From positions 7,719,875 to 7,783,874 of the forward strand of contig NC_068996.1 in the NCBI RefSeq assembly GCF_001194135.2: a DNA stretch of 64,000 nucleotides, in the 5' to 3' direction. The DNA comes from Octopus bimaculoides (Eukaryota). Both the position numbers and the translations under genes were made by a program. Position 1 is the first letter of the stretch, and each line of letters opens with the position of its first letter. Of the stretch, positions 62,790 through 64,000 are shown one piece after another. Under the pieces are notes generated by a model. That model did not search any database, was not told where the DNA came from, and saw only the letters and a program-made list of their open reading frames with translations.

Positions 62790-62790
<1 letters not shown>
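62437..62790 (+). mobile_element. 3' end of a second R4/Dong-type family, embedded in (AAT)n
   Basis: Residual FLIDAS..EMEKVSRYNYLEIEITRMWSLKTETIPIIVGALGMIKK. (AAT)n tracts on both sides (~62415-62436, ~62791-62829). Confidence 0.75.
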
Positions 62791-62822
<32 letters not shown>

Positions 62823-62834
62823 GTAATAATCTAT

Positions 62835-63320
62835 GACAGAATAAAGGCAGGACAACAGGAGAACGATAGCGACATTATTTGCGACCTTAAAAAGGTTGAT
62901 CGATGGAAATTGAACCAAGAAACCATAAATGTCAATGAAATTCTGAAATACATCAGAACAAACAACATCACAAAAACAAATAATTTGATTAAGGCAGCAA
63001 GTATTGTTGTAGCAGAAAACGTGGGTATGGATGTCAAGAAATAGAAATATAATGGGAGTGACAAAAGAAAAGATCCATGGTGGAAAAGAAGAATACAGGC
63101 GGGGTTAGATANNNNNNNNNNTGGATGTCAAGAAATAGAAATATAATGGGAGTGACAAAAGAAAAGATCCATGGTGGAAAAGAAGAATACAGGCGGGGTT
63201 AGATATGCTCTCGAAGGAAATTTCGGTGTTAGACCGAAATGAGAAAGCGGGAGCTTAAAAGCGAACAAAAATATAGGGCGCTGATAAGGAAGTATAATAT
63301 TGAAAAAGAAAGGGCCATGT
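62835..63320 (+). mobile_element. R4/Dong-type pre-RT (N-terminal) fragment
   Basis: DLKKVDRWKLNQETINVNEILKYIRTNNITKTNNLIKAASIVVAENVG...DPWWKRRIQ, typical of the region upstream of the RT in this clade. Confidence 0.6.
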
Positions 63321-63559
63321 AAAAGTGTTCATGTTAAAGGGGCACATTAAAAGCACTTGGCTCACACTGTAAAGTGGTAAGCATTAGGAAGAGCATCCAG
63401 CCATAGAAACCAAACCAAATCAAATCAAACTCGAACCTAGTGCAGCTCCCCAACTTGCCAGCTCCTGTCAAATCATCCAACTCATGCCATCATGAAAAAC
63501 AGACGTTAAAGGATGAGGAGGAGGAGGAGGAGGAGCAGCAGAGAATAAACTCAAGACAG

Positions 63560-63770
63560 GAAAATGAACATAAAAATAGTCATAAAGATGAAAGAGTGCA
63601 AAGAGTGTATCAGGAATAACGTCAATGAGTTTCAGGAATCTTGGAATTTTGAATAGATAAAGAGGCTTCATAATCAAACAGAGTTTATTCCATGCTTTCA
63701 CAATTCTGAGCATGAAAAAATATTTCTCAGTCTCAATACTTCTCAACTTCTCAGATATTTCTCAAAGAGT
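63560..63770 (-). mobile_element. CR1-like LINE 3' fragment; related piece at 58645-58780 (+)
   Basis: EKYFFMLRIVKAWNKL here and ENFLFMLRIAETGNKLPASVISCRD in the related piece resemble the CR1 terminal 'FFSxRVVxxWNxLP' motif. Confidence 0.6.
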
Positions 63771-64000
63771 ACTGTTTTGTTTTTTTGATTTTCATAAGCA
63801 TGTCCATGGCTGCTAAAGATAATGAATTAAAAGAATGTAGCCAAAGTTAATGTTGGAAAGATGGTGGGTTATTTTGTTGGGTTCTACCAAATCAACTGGT
63901 CTACATTTAAAATATGGTGACTGACAGCAGGTATTCATCTGGCTGCACATTTCTGAACAACTTCTGATAGACTGATATTCAGAACAAGAGGGAGATTTAA

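Noticed and set aside
63028-63204. 83-bp direct repeat around a 10-N gap (similar cases at 8761-8900 and 28540-28581)
   Set aside because: Pattern of overlapping contig ends joined by a 10-N spacer; most likely an assembly artefact.

Overview
AT-rich, microsatellite- and repeat-dense animal genomic DNA from a gapped draft assembly. The repeat landscape is most like a coleoid cephalopod (Octopus-type; this is an inference). The window lies within one intron-rich gene on the minus strand, PDZD8 (ER-late endosome/mitochondria lipid-transfer tether; SMP, split C2, PDZ, C1 and coiled-coil domains). I reconstruct 13 coding exons (54246 to 18358, 1723 nt in total), all with canonical GT-AG sites. 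They cover the SMP domain, the N-terminal C2 half, the C-terminal half of the PDZ, a linker and the C-terminal C2 half. The N-terminal/TM exon(s), the first half of the PDZ (probably lost in the 100-N gap at 42065-42164) and the C1/coiled-coil exons are not visible. Introns contain RTE, R4/Dong and CR1-like LINE remnants, at least three tRNA-headed SINE-like families, hAT, Tigger and piggyBac-like MITEs, Helentron-type (HINE) elements and Penelope-like repeats. The most unusual items are: (1) a tRNA-headed short element carrying a Penelope-type minimal hammerhead ribozyme, present twice as head-to-head palindromic pairs (3882-4310, 52003-52508); (2) a PDZD8 exon that begins with a perfect GTAAGT immediately after its acceptor AG (recursive-splice-site configuration); (3) several long fold-backs near exons. 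No prokaryotic features, CRISPR arrays, rRNA genes or intact tRNA genes were seen.
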